From a virus: a DNA stretch of 64,000 nucleotides. Location of the stretch: positions 29,998 through 93,997 of IMG/VR virus record IMGVR_UViG_3300043464_001711; one strand, written 5' to 3'. Numbering within the stretch: position 1 is the first letter of the stretch; the number at the start of each line of letters is the position of its first letter. This document shows, piece by piece, positions 7,582 to 18,329 of the stretch. The notes beneath the pieces are model-generated. The model saw nothing but the letters and a program-made list of their open reading frames with translations. It was not told where the DNA came from and searched no databases. The translations under genes were made by a program, and so were the position numbers.

Positions 7582-10464
7582 TTAGAAATATTCCTTTTCA
7601 GTTTCTTCTTCCTCAAATCTATCTTTAACCATATAATCTGAAGAAATACCTCTCATTTTCCAAAAACGAATTTCTTCATCACTCATAGTCATTAATTCCT
7701 CCAAACTATCTTGGTCCCCTTCTTCTGAAGGTATTCCAGATACCAATTCTAATTCCGTTCTAGTAAAAAATTGTTTATCCGCAGGGTCTGTAATAAGTAA
7801 ACTCTCTCTAATATGTGTATTAAATACAACTAATAACGGCTCTACTTTTTTATTAAAAGAATCTATATATTTTGGTACATTATACTCACCCTTCATATTA
7901 GGGTTTTTCTCCATCTCTTCTGAAGTAATCAAATAAGAATTAAAAACCAAAGTACCTTCAGGTGGATCATTTTTAGTTTTCTTAACTTGTATATCACCGT
8001 GTGATTTTTTATTTCCGTTATTTACGTAATAAACTTGATCCCCTAATTGTGGATCTAAACCTTCTTTAATTAAAAGTTCCATGTGTGCTTGTCTAGCCAA
8101 ATCCTTACCATTCTTATCAGTACCTCTATTTAGATACTGTTTAATAGTCTTTTTAACTTTAGCTTTATTCGCTATATCTGCTAATGGTATATCTTTATTA
8201 TAAATCTTTTCAAGGTATTCATTATAATAATCAACAAATTCTTTACCCTTACCATCTAATAACATTTTAATACCGTTATTCAAAAAAGTTTTAATGTATT
8301 TTTGAATCATTTTACCTTTAATAGTATTACCTGTTAATTTAATTTTACCATTTGGTTTTAAGGTTGCATAGTTTTTACGAGATAAATTAATTGTTGCTGG
8401 CCAAACCTCATCAATATCAAGACCCATTGCTTCATACATATATCGGTCATTATACTCCATTACATCGGCCTCAATACCTTTATATTCTTTACCCTTCTCA
8501 ACAAATCTATGATAACCTCTACCAATGTAAGTATGGTTCTCAACCTCTTCATCATATGAGAAGTTTACACCATCTGTATCTAATACCAAAGGTTCGTACC
8601 CTCTTTCCATAAAAAATCTAATCATATGTCTAAGATATTGTCTACCAGTACAAGTAATAGTCTCACCAATATCAATATCACCCCAAGGAAAAATATAAGG
8701 AGCCGAAATAGAACCAAAAGCGGAGTTATTGAAAATTTTAATCGGTAATTGTTTTTTATCAAATTTACCGGCTAACTTTTCATCACCCTCTTCTTTATAT
8801 TTGTTAGCCAAATATTTGTACTCATTACGTGTATCCAAAAGATATTTTAACATCGCTCTTAAGGCACCTGAAACATCTACTTCAGGGAAAACTTCATGTG
8901 TTAATTGTATAGAAGGGTAAAGTGAAGCGTAGTCAAATTTAGCGATATTTTTACTATACCCTAATTTCAAAAGACGAGATAATCCTCCCACAAAATCTCT
9001 TTTTGGTGATACGTCTGGTAAAGCTAAATTGTTTTCGTAAGACCATGCCATCATAAGTGTCTTCCACATTGTAGCTGTACCCATCGTAATAGACCTAATA
9101 AAGTTTGTTGGTACCAAAGCAGATGTTAAAAATCCTGCCTGAGCATAAATGTCGTCAACCTGTTCAGTTTCCCAAAGGTCATCATGAAGATATTCTTTAA
9201 TTAAAAATTGTCCGTCAACAATTTCCCAAATGTCTTCATAACCTTTTATTATTTCACCATCAATTTCTTTGGGGTTGGGTTTTTCACCATCTAATGAATA
9301 CCATTGTCCACTAGTTTTATTATAATAATATTTTTTATTTTCAGACCAAATCCTACCCAATTGGTTACCATCAACATAAACACGATTTGGTCTTTCTACT
9401 TTAGATTCTTTCGCAATATATTTCAAACCACCTTCTTGTAGATTAGAGTTCAAAGCCATGGCCTGTCTAACTCTATGGTAAGTGTCCATTACATTATAAC
9501 CCCATAATTGAGTTTGTTCGTATTCTTCAGTTTCAGCACCCAACTTCAAACTAGCCTTTTTTCTAGATGCTTTAATCATTGGATGTTTAGTTTTTATAAT
9601 GTCATCAGTACTCATACCTAAAAGTTGTGCCCGTCCAGGTATTAAAGTTTTTTTAACATCCATTTTTTTTGTTCTAGGATTTTTAAACTTTTCCTCTTCT
9701 GTTTTACCAATTAGATAAGTCCAGTCAAAGTTTTCTGAGTTATAACCTATGATTATTGTTGGTTCTAGTTCATGGATTATCTCAAAAAATTCTTTAATCA
9801 TTTCCCTTTCACCTTCCTCACTATACTTACCATCTTCACCATAAGCAGTTAAAAGTTTCTGAAAACCACGATTATCTTTAACCCCAATCATAAAAGTATG
9901 ACCTTCTGATGGGTCAAGACTTGTGGTCTCAATATCGAATGTTAACTTATGGACCTCAGTATAATCTTCATAACCCTTAAACAACCTTTTACCTGTTTGA
10001 ATCATAAATTGTTCTACAGGGGGTAGAATTTGTATTAATCTTCTATCTCTATCCCAAGGGTCAATCCCACCTCTTTTAAAGAAATTAACTAAATCTCTAT
10101 AAGTACCATTTGATTTAACCAAAAAATTAAAGCCTTCACCTAATCTTTCGTTATCACCTGTATTTAATTTATGTGTACTTATACCGTATTTTTTGGCCTC
10201 ACGTTTTATAACATCTAGGTTATCACCATAAAAACCACTACCCCGTAATGATTTGGTCCAACAAAAAGGCGTGAATTTTTGTACTTTGACTTTTTTACCC
10301 TTATTAGGGTCATCGATAATTAAATAAACTTTGTTAGTTTCATCGATTGACCAATCATCTGTTTGGTCTAACTCAATGGAGACAATATATTTTTCAGGGT
10401 CATGTCCTTCTAAAAATAATTTAATGTCTTCAGGAGTTGCTTGTTTAATAGCATCTTTACTCAT
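7582..10464 (-). CDS. polB: Family B DNA polymerase
   Basis: Exonuclease motifs FDIETT, YNSENFDW, YLHDD; polymerase motifs FDYASLYPS, KIFNNSAFG, LDTDG, KNYA. Confidence 0.95.
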   Translation of the reverse strand: MSKDAIKQATPEDIKLFLEGHDPEKYIVSIELDQTDDWSIDETNKVYLIIDDPNKGKKVKVQKFTPFCWTKSLRGSGFYGDNLDVIKREAKKYGISTHKLNTGDNERLGEGFNFLVKSNGTYRDLVNFFKRGGIDPWDRDRRLIQILPPVEQFMIQTGKRLFKGYEDYTEVHKLTFDIETTSLDPSEGHTFMIGVKDNRGFQKLLTAYGEDGKYSEEGEREMIKEFFEIIHELEPTIIIGYNSENFDWTYLIGKTEEEKFKNPRTKKMDVKKTLIPGRAQLLGMSTDDIIKTKHPMIKASRKKASLKLGAETEEYEQTQLWGYNVMDTYHRVRQAMALNSNLQEGGLKYIAKESKVERPNRVYVDGNQLGRIWSENKKYYYNKTSGQWYSLDGEKPNPKEIDGEIIKGYEDIWEIVDGQFLIKEYLHDDLWETEQVDDIYAQAGFLTSALVPTNFIRSITMGTATMWKTLMMAWSYENNLALPDVSPKRDFVGGLSRLLKLGYSKNIAKFDYASLYPSIQLTHEVFPEVDVSGALRAMLKYLLDTRNEYKYLANKYKEEGDEKLAGKFDKKQLPIKIFNNSAFGSISAPYIFPWGDIDIGETITCTGRQYLRHMIRFFMERGYEPLVLDTDGVNFSYDEEVENHTYIGRGYHRFVEKGKEYKGIEADVMEYNDRYMYEAMGLDIDEVWPATINLSRKNYATLKPNGKIKLTGNTIKGKMIQKYIKTFLNNGIKMLLDGKGKEFVDYYNEYLEKIYNKDIPLADIANKAKVKKTIKQYLNRGTDKNGKDLARQAHMELLIKEGLDPQLGDQVYYVNNGNKKSHGDIQVKKTKNDPPEGTLVFNSYLITSEEMEKNPNMKGEYNVPKYIDSFNKKVEPLLVVFNTHIRESLLITDPADKQFFTRTELELVSGIPSEEGDQDSLEELMTMSDEEIRFWKMRGISSDYMVKDRFEEEETEKEYF

Positions 10465-10565
10465 AATATATTTTTTGATTTTTGGTACGGGATAAATCTT
10501 AACCTCTCGTTATTATTAATAATGATTAATTATAATCACTATTATTTAAAAATTAAATAAGCCTT

Positions 10566-11576
10566 TTAGAATTCTTTCGGTAATTTAAACATTTTAGATT
10601 CTTCTTCTCTTCTTTTCTTTAACCCAGGATATTCATCAAATAGATTACTTGAAATATTTTTAATTTCTTCCTTAGCCTTTTCAAGTTCACCCCTTTTAAC
10701 ATATTGTATGAAATCACTCATTCGTAAATTATTAACACCATAATTATAGGCTATTGAAGCCATAGCATTATACATACCTTGTGTTATTCTAGGTTTTATA
10801 TCTTCTAGTTCCCAGTCATCTAATATTTTATTAACACCTTTTGAGGCCTTTAACATATCATCATATAATAATTTTTCAGCTTGAGCACTTGTTATTGTAG
10901 TATGTTCTTTTTCGGGGTTATCTTTATCAAAAAGTATTATATCTTCATAATTAGGTACAAATGAATAATCACCACCAGTACTACCTTTTTTTGAGTTTGA
11001 GAAAACAGCGTGACCATAACCTGTTGTATATGCTCCATCACCTATGTCATAAAAATATAAAACAGGTTTGCCTTTTATACCTTCTTTCTTTTTTAAATGA
11101 GTAAAAAGTTCTTCACTTGGTTTTCTTATTTTTTCAACAACATCTTTTTTTATTTTTTCTGTTTTTTCTATTGGTGTTGTTTTTTCTATTTCAGAAGAAA
11201 AATTATTGTATAAATAATTTATTTCAGATAATGAAAGTATACCGATAAAAGAATAAAAAATATATTTTACAACTCTTTTTTTAAAATTAGAGGGTAAATC
11301 TTTTATTTCTTCCAATAAAGTTTTTATGTATTTTATAACATCATCTTTTGTTTTAACCCATCTCCTAGATTTTTTTAAATCTTCTTTTACTTTTTGAGTT
11401 AAATCCCAATGATAAGTAGGACTTGGTTCATCCTTAGTCCATTCACTTTCATCTTCATTTTCGTTGATTAATAAAAGATTATTAACAACTTTTTTTAAAT
11501 AATATTTTGTTTCTAAAATATTATCATAGTGAATAGATTTATTAATCTCTTCTTTTATTATTAGTTTGATATCCAT
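10566..11576 (-). CDS. GH24 (T4-like) lysozyme with a long N-terminal extension
   Basis: KKEG...YDIGDGAYTTGYGH...SIAYNYG...GLKKRREEE; hydrophobic segment before the catalytic domain. Confidence 0.85.
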   Translation of the reverse strand: MDIKLIIKEEINKSIHYDNILETKYYLKKVVNNLLLINENEDESEWTKDEPSPTYHWDLTQKVKEDLKKSRRWVKTKDDVIKYIKTLLEEIKDLPSNFKKRVVKYIFYSFIGILSLSEINYLYNNFSSEIEKTTPIEKTEKIKKDVVEKIRKPSEELFTHLKKKEGIKGKPVLYFYDIGDGAYTTGYGHAVFSNSKKGSTGGDYSFVPNYEDIILFDKDNPEKEHTTITSAQAEKLLYDDMLKASKGVNKILDDWELEDIKPRITQGMYNAMASIAYNYGVNNLRMSDFIQYVKRGELEKAKEEIKNISSNLFDEYPGLKKRREEESKMFKLPKEF

Positions 11577-13438
11577 TACTTACTAGAATCTATTTTAGAC
11601 TTTAGTTGGTTAATAAACTCCTCAGAGAATTTCTTTAAGAAAGAAACACCATCTTTCCCGAAATACATCAAACCTGATATGTTAGTGATACATTTATGAC
11701 CACCAGAATTTGATTTAATCATATCCCACCCAGTAATAGTTATTGTTTTAAGAGCCTTTATTTCTCTTTGGTTTAATTCTGAATATGGTTTATCTAACAC
11801 TTTCTTTAAAGCTTTTACCCATCTATTAACAGTATAACCTTCAGGAGAACCTTTAGGTGTAGTAGTTAAGCCATTAATACCGCCAAAAAAGTTTTTACCA
11901 TTTATATCTGTTTTAGATAAAAAATTTAAAAAGTTATTTTTTAATTCAAAAAATTTATTTTTTCTTAATGTATGAACTTCTTCACTATTTTTTTCTTTAC
12001 CGTATAACAGTATCTCATTAAAATTAATGGTATACAAAATTAATTTTGTTAAAAAATTTAAATCATCATATGTTTTTTTTGTTATAACTGATTTAATTTT
12101 ATTGATAGCTAAATCATAATCACCTTTTTCATAATAGTCTGAAATTACTTTATATTTTTTACTAAGTTCTTCATCTGTCGTTGTAGTAGTAAGATCTAAA
12201 TATTTTTTATTAAATAATTTAGAAATAGAGTTTTTTGTAAAATTAATTTGATCGTCTAAAGCTCTTGAAGCCCGATTAAAATTATTATCGTCTTCATAGT
12301 CTAACATATCATTAAATGCTATATCTGAATCAGTACCATAAATAGAAAGTAAGGCGTTATAATCAAAACCAACAGAGTCTTCGGTAAAATCTTTATTTTT
12401 TTCAGCAAAATATTTTATCGTATCAAAAGTCAGTATTTTATTATACAATTCATTTTTAAACTTATCTAAAACAACATCTTTCATTTTACCTAAATCAACA
12501 CCTTTTAATTCTCTATTAGCCTTAAAAGGGTTACAGGAAGCTTGTAGTAAACCTAAAGGCCATGCTATAACAAAAAAGTTAGCATCAGGATATAATTTAA
12601 AAGGTACATATCTATCATAAGAACCTGGTTTAAACATTGAACCCCCACCATATTGAGATATTATCCCATATTCCTCATCATATTCTACATTACTATTTTC
12701 AGATTGTTTTTGAATATAATCTTCTAAATTTTGTTTCATTTCTACAGCTGAAGCATAACCCTCTTCTTTAGCTAATTTAACAATATTTAAATAAATGTTT
12801 AAAAGTGATGGGGTGGAATTTAAAACAAGTCTTTCTAAAAATTTTGGTTTATTTTTGTAGGCTAATAACAATTTATTTGTTACTAATGCCATAGCTATTT
12901 TATTATTAACAAACTCTTTTGTTTTATCTAATTTAAAAATGTAATTCATTACATCATCAGGTGTAATACCTAATCTTGCGTAGTCAGCACTATCTACTGT
13001 AGATATCATCATAATATCACTTGAAGGGAAAACATCTTGTGGTGATAATATTTGTGAAATAGTTTCTACATTTGAACGAGAATGTCTAAAAGATGTTGAT
13101 GTACCCTTATCAACCCCCACCTGTGAATCATGGTGGTCTGTATGTATAACAAACATTGGTTTACCATGAGCAAAGTCAACCAACACCGGCATTATATCAC
13201 CACTAGCATCAGGTTTTTTAATAGAAAATTCTTTATCTCCATATTGAATTATTTCCGCATCAACCGTTTTAATACCGTACTTTTCAAGGTAAGCTTTCAT
13301 TGCTATAGCGGTGGTAACACCATCTAAATCTTGGTGAAAATAAATTTTAGCCTTTTTATATCTTTTAGCTAATTTATTTATATTTTGTATACCACTTTCT
13401 GATATAATTTGTTTAATAGAGTTTTCAGTAATAATCAT
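11576..13438 (-). CDS. DHH-family phosphoesterase
   Basis: FHQDLDG, LVDF, HTDHH, VDSAD and C-terminal SGGH. Confidence 0.8.
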   Translation of the reverse strand: MIITENSIKQIISESGIQNINKLAKRYKKAKIYFHQDLDGVTTAIAMKAYLEKYGIKTVDAEIIQYGDKEFSIKKPDASGDIMPVLVDFAHGKPMFVIHTDHHDSQVGVDKGTSTSFRHSRSNVETISQILSPQDVFPSSDIMMISTVDSADYARLGITPDDVMNYIFKLDKTKEFVNNKIAMALVTNKLLLAYKNKPKFLERLVLNSTPSLLNIYLNIVKLAKEEGYASAVEMKQNLEDYIQKQSENSNVEYDEEYGIISQYGGGSMFKPGSYDRYVPFKLYPDANFFVIAWPLGLLQASCNPFKANRELKGVDLGKMKDVVLDKFKNELYNKILTFDTIKYFAEKNKDFTEDSVGFDYNALLSIYGTDSDIAFNDMLDYEDDNNFNRASRALDDQINFTKNSISKLFNKKYLDLTTTTTDEELSKKYKVISDYYEKGDYDLAINKIKSVITKKTYDDLNFLTKLILYTINFNEILLYGKEKNSEEVHTLRKNKFFELKNNFLNFLSKTDINGKNFFGGINGLTTTPKGSPEGYTVNRWVKALKKVLDKPYSELNQREIKALKTITITGWDMIKSNSGGHKCITNISGLMYFGKDGVSFLKKFSEEFINQLKSKIDSSK

Positions 13439-13460
13439 TTTACTTATTTTCCAATAAATA

Positions 13461-13739
13461 TCACTGATTTTGATTCAATTTAGATTTAAGTTGATTAATG
13501 TGATGATTTAAATACCAAGAGGCCTTATTTAAATCCTCCAATTCTTTATTAGGGTCTTTTTTTCCTGCTCTTGAAATGTACTTTACCGTGTTTCCCAAAG
13601 AAAACCCCAGTCCCCACGCATCAATAACTTTTATCGCTTCATATAAATTGTCTTCACCCCCATAATGTGTAGGATGGTTAACCTGTTCTTTTCTTGGTGG
13701 CGGTGGTGTATTTTTATAGTTCAAATCATTATTCTCCAT
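13461..13739 (-). CDS. DUF3310 (T7 gp1.7-like) protein
   Basis: VNHPTHY...GFSLGNTVKYISRAGKK...EDLNKASWYL. Confidence 0.85.
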   Translation of the reverse strand: MENNDLNYKNTPPPPRKEQVNHPTHYGGEDNLYEAIKVIDAWGLGFSLGNTVKYISRAGKKDPNKELEDLNKASWYLNHHINQLKSKLNQNQ

Positions 13740-13743
13740 TACT

Positions 13744-13773
13744 TTTGTTTTTAATTAAAAATACTTATATTTG
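13744..13773 (+). promoter_or_regulatory. Bacteroidota-type promoter (-33/-7)
   Basis: TTTG (13744-13747), 18-nt spacer, TATATTTG (13766-13773); 20 nt before ATG 13793. Confidence 0.6.
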
Positions 13774-13792
13774 TGGTAATAAAAAAGAGTGT

Positions 13793-14401
13793 ATGAAACT
13801 AGAAAAAAATAAAAAATTAAATATCCTTGAAAAAATATCTCTTTGGTGGAGATTTGAGGGTAGGTATTACCATAGAGATTTTAAAAATGGTATTAAAAAC
13901 CTTTGGAAGTGGTTTCCTGTTATATGGAAAGACCGTGACTGGGATGACCATTATATTTTTGAAGTTTTAAAGTTTAAACTTAATAAACAGGCAGATTATA
14001 CTGGTGGTAGAGGGAATCACGTTAGTGCTAAAAGAGATGCTGAAATTATGCGTCTTGTTACTAAATTAATTAAATTACAACAAGATGAATTCTACGGTAT
14101 GGAATATATGGATTACCATAACACTGATTATGACTTTGTTCCAACTGACTATAAAATTGATGGTAAAAAGTGTTTTGAAATGAAATCAACCCTAGTTAGT
14201 GAAGATTTTGATTCTTACTTTAAAAAATACCCAAGACAATACAAAAGAGTTTTGTCTGGTGATATTAGTAGATACAAAAAACCTATAGAAAAATTGACAA
14301 AAGAATTAATTGCGATGGAAATTGCACACGAAAACCAAGACAGATGTAACAAACTTATCTTTAAACTTCTTGAGGGGAATATTCAAAAATGGTGGAATTA
14401 A
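13793..14401 (+). CDS. Hypothetical protein (start revised to ATG 13793)
   Basis: Lone plus-strand gene with its own host-type promoter; WKWFPVIWKDRDWD motif. Confidence 0.7.
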   Translation: MKLEKNKKLNILEKISLWWRFEGRYYHRDFKNGIKNLWKWFPVIWKDRDWDDHYIFEVLKFKLNKQADYTGGRGNHVSAKRDAEIMRLVTKLIKLQQDEFYGMEYMDYHNTDYDFVPTDYKIDGKKCFEMKSTLVSEDFDSYFKKYPRQYKRVLSGDISRYKKPIEKLTKELIAMEIAHENQDRCNKLIFKLLEGNIQKWWN

Positions 14402-16221
14402 AAATACCCCCGTATAAATTGGTTAAATAAATCTTCTTCTATATTCATAGACACATGTTCATCACCGATTACAGTGTCTATGATTTTTCTTTTCTTTTCC
14501 AAAATATTAAACATCATCTCATCTATTGTACCGACGGCTATTGGATAATATACATTTGTTGTCGACTGACTACCTATTCTATGTGCTCTATCTTCAGCCT
14601 GTGCATGGTTAGCTGGTACAAAATCTAAATCATTCATAATAACAACTTCCGCTTCTGTGAGTGTAATTGCTGTACCTGCTGAAACTAAATTACCAACAAA
14701 AACCATAATATTTTTGTTACTTTGGAATTGGTCTACCGAATTTTGTTTTTGTGTGCTATTCATTTTACCATTATGACCTACAGCAATTTTACCAAAATGG
14801 TTCATTAAAGCATCAAATGAGTGTGTGAAATTGGTAAATATTATAACTTTCTGACCATTCTCTATTGCTTGTTCAGCTAATTCAATCGTTTGTTTTGTTT
14901 TTTCTAAAGCCAAATATTTTCTAAGAACAACTAACTCAACCATATGTCTACCAGCACCCAATCTTTTACCTTCAGATTTTGCCCATTCTAAATATTCTTC
15001 AAAAACATTGCCATACTCTTTCATATCATCTATCTCAATGTAGTAAGGAGCTACTATTTTTGGTGGTAAATTTAGGTGGTCTTCTTTTTTTCTTCTTAGT
15101 ATTAGATTTTTAGTCCTTTCATGTAACTCTTCTAGGTTAGAAGCACCATCAGTCAACCAAATATCTTTATATGTACCGTTTTTTAATTTTTTCTTAAACT
15201 TTTTACCATCACAATATCTAAAAGCGTATTGTTTCCAACTAGCCGTAACAGGTGAATCACATATCTTTAATAAATTAAAAAAGTCCATGGGTCTGTTAGC
15301 TAAAGGAGTACCCGTTAACAACCATCTTCTTTTTATGTTTTTACTTATTTGATTTATTATTTTAGCTCTGTTACTTGACGGGTTTTTAACCATATGTGCC
15401 TCATCTAATATGATTAACTCAAAACCCTCGTTATCTAGATGTCTATATATTTCATGTTCTTTATATACTTTTCTACCATCTATTATGGTATGAAAATTTT
15501 TCAATATATCATAATTTATTATAGTATATTTTTTGGGATTCCAATGACCAGATTTAATAATAGAGATGTCTTCTTCTGGTATATAGGCATTTATCTCCCT
15601 AAACCAATTTATTTTTGCGTTAGCCGGACAAACGATTAATATTTTTTCTGAACCAGATTCTATTGAAGCTATGGTTGACATTAAAGTTTTACCTAAACCC
15701 ATGTCATCACCCAAAACCCTATTATTTTTAGATAAAAGAAATTTTATCCCCTCCTCCTGATGTGGGAAAACTCTCCAACCACGTTTATCCATTTTAGCAT
15801 ACTTTTCGAAGTCAACGTCAACCTCTTTTTCAATATCATAAAGATTTTCGGATACTTGTGTTTTGGGTACATAAAAAAGTGGTGAGTATTTTTGATTTTT
15901 AAATACTTTCCCTTTTACGTGATAACTTTTTTCAGTTTCACCTAAAACAGTCTCAACTAAAATTTTTTCAGGAATATGATTTAAATCAAATTTTTCTTGT
16001 AATTGTTTACCTAAAAAATCGGTTATAGTAATAACCTTATTAACTTCCAAAGGTTCCCTATCAAAATTAATATCAACGTATTCAGCTAAACTGGGTGATA
16101 TTGGAAAAGGACCTTCTTTTTCCAATCTTTTCTTTAAAGAAATTAAGTACTCATTTGTACCCTCATATTCCTCTAATTTAAGTAAAGCTTTTCTATTTTT
16201 TAGACTATTGATATCGAGCAT
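14398..16221 (-). CDS. SNF2-family helicase/translocase
   Basis: GDDMGLGKT, LDEAH, LTGTP, QAEDRAHRIG. Confidence 0.92.
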   Translation of the reverse strand: MLDINSLKNRKALLKLEEYEGTNEYLISLKKRLEKEGPFPISPSLAEYVDINFDREPLEVNKVITITDFLGKQLQEKFDLNHIPEKILVETVLGETEKSYHVKGKVFKNQKYSPLFYVPKTQVSENLYDIEKEVDVDFEKYAKMDKRGWRVFPHQEEGIKFLLSKNNRVLGDDMGLGKTLMSTIASIESGSEKILIVCPANAKINWFREINAYIPEEDISIIKSGHWNPKKYTIINYDILKNFHTIIDGRKVYKEHEIYRHLDNEGFELIILDEAHMVKNPSSNRAKIINQISKNIKRRWLLTGTPLANRPMDFFNLLKICDSPVTASWKQYAFRYCDGKKFKKKLKNGTYKDIWLTDGASNLEELHERTKNLILRRKKEDHLNLPPKIVAPYYIEIDDMKEYGNVFEEYLEWAKSEGKRLGAGRHMVELVVLRKYLALEKTKQTIELAEQAIENGQKVIIFTNFTHSFDALMNHFGKIAVGHNGKMNSTQKQNSVDQFQSNKNIMVFVGNLVSAGTAITLTEAEVVIMNDLDFVPANHAQAEDRAHRIGSQSTTNVYYPIAVGTIDEMMFNILEKKRKIIDTVIGDEHVSMNIEEDLFNQFIRGYF

Positions 16222-16276
16222 AGATAAATAAATATAAAAAGAATTAAAAAAAAATAAACTAAATGGGATGAGTAAA

Positions 16277-16284
16277 TATTTATA
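16277..16284 (+). promoter_or_regulatory. Putative phage late promoter motif TATTTATA (representative copy)
   Basis: Same octamer precedes ATGs at 18309, 28646, 31568, 35460, 37148, 39594, 40191 and 48693, and on the minus strand at 7553 and 28566. Confidence 0.6.
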
Positions 16285-16297
16285 GATAAAACTTTAT

Positions 16298-16816
16298 ATG
16301 GCAACTAATAAAAGACCCATAAATCGCTTGCATAAATTTTATGATAACACAGACTTCAATTTAGAAAATGAAATGTCTCGTGAATTTATTGAGGGTGATT
16401 TAAATTTTACTGTTGTCCTATTTAAAGTGGATAGGATAAAGAGTCAAACTGATGATGTTTATGGTGAAGCAAGTGCTAATGAAATAATATTTTACCCACC
16501 AAAAGAATTAAAAGTTAGACCTCTTTTAAATGAACCAGAGTCTAAAACTTATTCTGAGGGTTATGGTAGATACCAAGACTATGGTAACTTTAATTTCACT
16601 GTTTTTGTAGACCATCTTAATGAATTGAATACTGATATTGATTATGGTGATTACATTGGTTATCCGGATTTTGAGGATAATATAAAATATTTTACCGTAG
16701 TAGATGATGGTAAAATATTTTCAGACAATGCACATACAAGACTTGGTTATAAAGGGTATTATAGAACAATTAAATGTGTAGTTGCTGATACAAATGAATT
16801 TAACCCTAATTATTAA
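16298..16816 (+). CDS. Putative neck/head-closure protein
   Basis: First gene of the structural block; DDVYGEA motif; position-based call. Confidence 0.5.
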   Translation: MATNKRPINRLHKFYDNTDFNLENEMSREFIEGDLNFTVVLFKVDRIKSQTDDVYGEASANEIIFYPPKELKVRPLLNEPESKTYSEGYGRYQDYGNFNFTVFVDHLNELNTDIDYGDYIGYPDFEDNIKYFTVVDDGKIFSDNAHTRLGYKGYYRTIKCVVADTNEFNPNY

Positions 16817-16823
16817 AGAATAA

Positions 16824-17864
16824 ATGGCTTTACCAAAAAAGAGAAAAACTAATATCCAAATAAAGAGTATTGACCCCCAAGGAGGTCCTGCTCATTGGGT
16901 TGACCAATTTATAGATAAAAACAAACAATTTCTGCCTAGGTCAGTTGATTTAACTGATTTAGACGAAGGTTTTGTAGAATTTGTTAAAGCTGATTTAGGT
17001 GTTGTAATTGAGGGTGAAAAAGTACCTGTTAATTTTTTAACATTACAAAGGTGGAATGAATTTGCTAAAACTTGGCAAAATACAGATAAATATAAAAACT
17101 TAAAAATACCTTTTATATCAGTAGTTAGAAGACCTAACCCTGAAACTGGTACAAATCCAGCTGATTTTAAAATACCTGTAAGAAAAAAATTTCCATATAT
17201 GCAAATACCAATATGGGATGGTAATCGTAAAGGAATGGATATCTATAGTATACCTAATCCTGTTGGTGTAGACATGGTTTATACTGTACGTCTTTTTAGT
17301 TATAAAATGCGTGAGTTAAATAAGTTACACCAAAAAGTATTACAAACATTCGCGTCGGCTCAGGCATATGTTAATATTAAAGGTCATTATTTCCCTATTT
17401 TATTAGAGAGTATGGGTGATGAAAGTCAAATAGATGATTTAGAAGGTAAAAGATTTTATGTCCAAACATACGAAATGAAACTACAAGGTTATATTGTTGA
17501 TAGTGAAGAATTTGATGTTAAACCAGCTGTCACTAGAGCTTTTGTTTCTTTTGAGGTTGGGGACAAAAAACCTAAACCAATCTTTAAAATTATTAAAGAT
17601 GAGACAGAGAATGATAAAACTTTAAAAGTAATTGTTCAATTCTTACCCGGTTCTTTCACTGAAATCACGTTGAGTTTGGATTCATCGTCACAAATAACTT
17701 CTATTCAACCAGAAAATGTTATAACATACACAATATTAAAAAACGGTTCCCCTGTTACGTTGCCTTTCACAGCAAACGAAAACGATTCCATATTTATTAG
17801 TATCGTTAAAGATGATACTACAAAATTTAGTGAAATAATACTTAGAGGATTAGTGATAGTATAA
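16824..17864 (+). CDS. Putative tail terminator/sheath-stabiliser protein
   Basis: ISVVRR...IPNPVGVDMVYTVRL...LQGYI pattern; position after the neck gene. Confidence 0.5.
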   Translation: MALPKKRKTNIQIKSIDPQGGPAHWVDQFIDKNKQFLPRSVDLTDLDEGFVEFVKADLGVVIEGEKVPVNFLTLQRWNEFAKTWQNTDKYKNLKIPFISVVRRPNPETGTNPADFKIPVRKKFPYMQIPIWDGNRKGMDIYSIPNPVGVDMVYTVRLFSYKMRELNKLHQKVLQTFASAQAYVNIKGHYFPILLESMGDESQIDDLEGKRFYVQTYEMKLQGYIVDSEEFDVKPAVTRAFVSFEVGDKKPKPIFKIIKDETENDKTLKVIVQFLPGSFTEITLSLDSSSQITSIQPENVITYTILKNGSPVTLPFTANENDSIFISIVKDDTTKFSEIILRGLVIV

Positions 17865-18298
17865 TGGGTGGAAACGGATGTAATTCTGAAATAGTAAAAT
17901 ACTATGTAGTACAACCACCTAGTGGTGGTGGTGGTTTTACAGGGACTACTGGTGATTTTACCATAGGTGGTGATTTATATGTTTGTACAACAGGATCAAC
18001 AATTTATACCAATTCTATAGATCCTTGTGATACAGGTGTAACAATCTCAAACATAATAACAATTAATACTAATGGTACTATTATACCAACAAGTGATAAT
18101 TTTGTTGATTTAGGGTCACCAATAAACAGATTCAGAGATATAAATACAGTTAGTGGGACATCCACTGTATGGACATCAACAAATCAAGTAATAACACCAA
18201 ATTTAAATCTAGGTTTAGATGGATTAGGTGAACAAAGAACAATAAACGCTAATAACTCTATCATACAAGATGATACATTATTAGGTGGAAGTTATTGA
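17864..18298 (+). CDS. Small virion/tail-fibre accessory protein
   Basis: Thr/Gly-rich; DLGSPINRFRDI motif; C-terminal DTLLGGSY. Confidence 0.55.
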   Translation: MGGNGCNSEIVKYYVVQPPSGGGGFTGTTGDFTIGGDLYVCTTGSTIYTNSIDPCDTGVTISNIITINTNGTIIPTSDNFVDLGSPINRFRDINTVSGTSTVWTSTNQVITPNLNLGLDGLGEQRTINANNSIIQDDTLLGGSY

Positions 18299-18329
18299 CA
18301 ATAACAAATATTTATAAAATAAAAAAAAA

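Noticed and set aside
10465-10565. Hairpin in the polymerase leader resembling a translational operator
   Set aside because: The pairing is short and imperfect and cannot be distinguished from chance.
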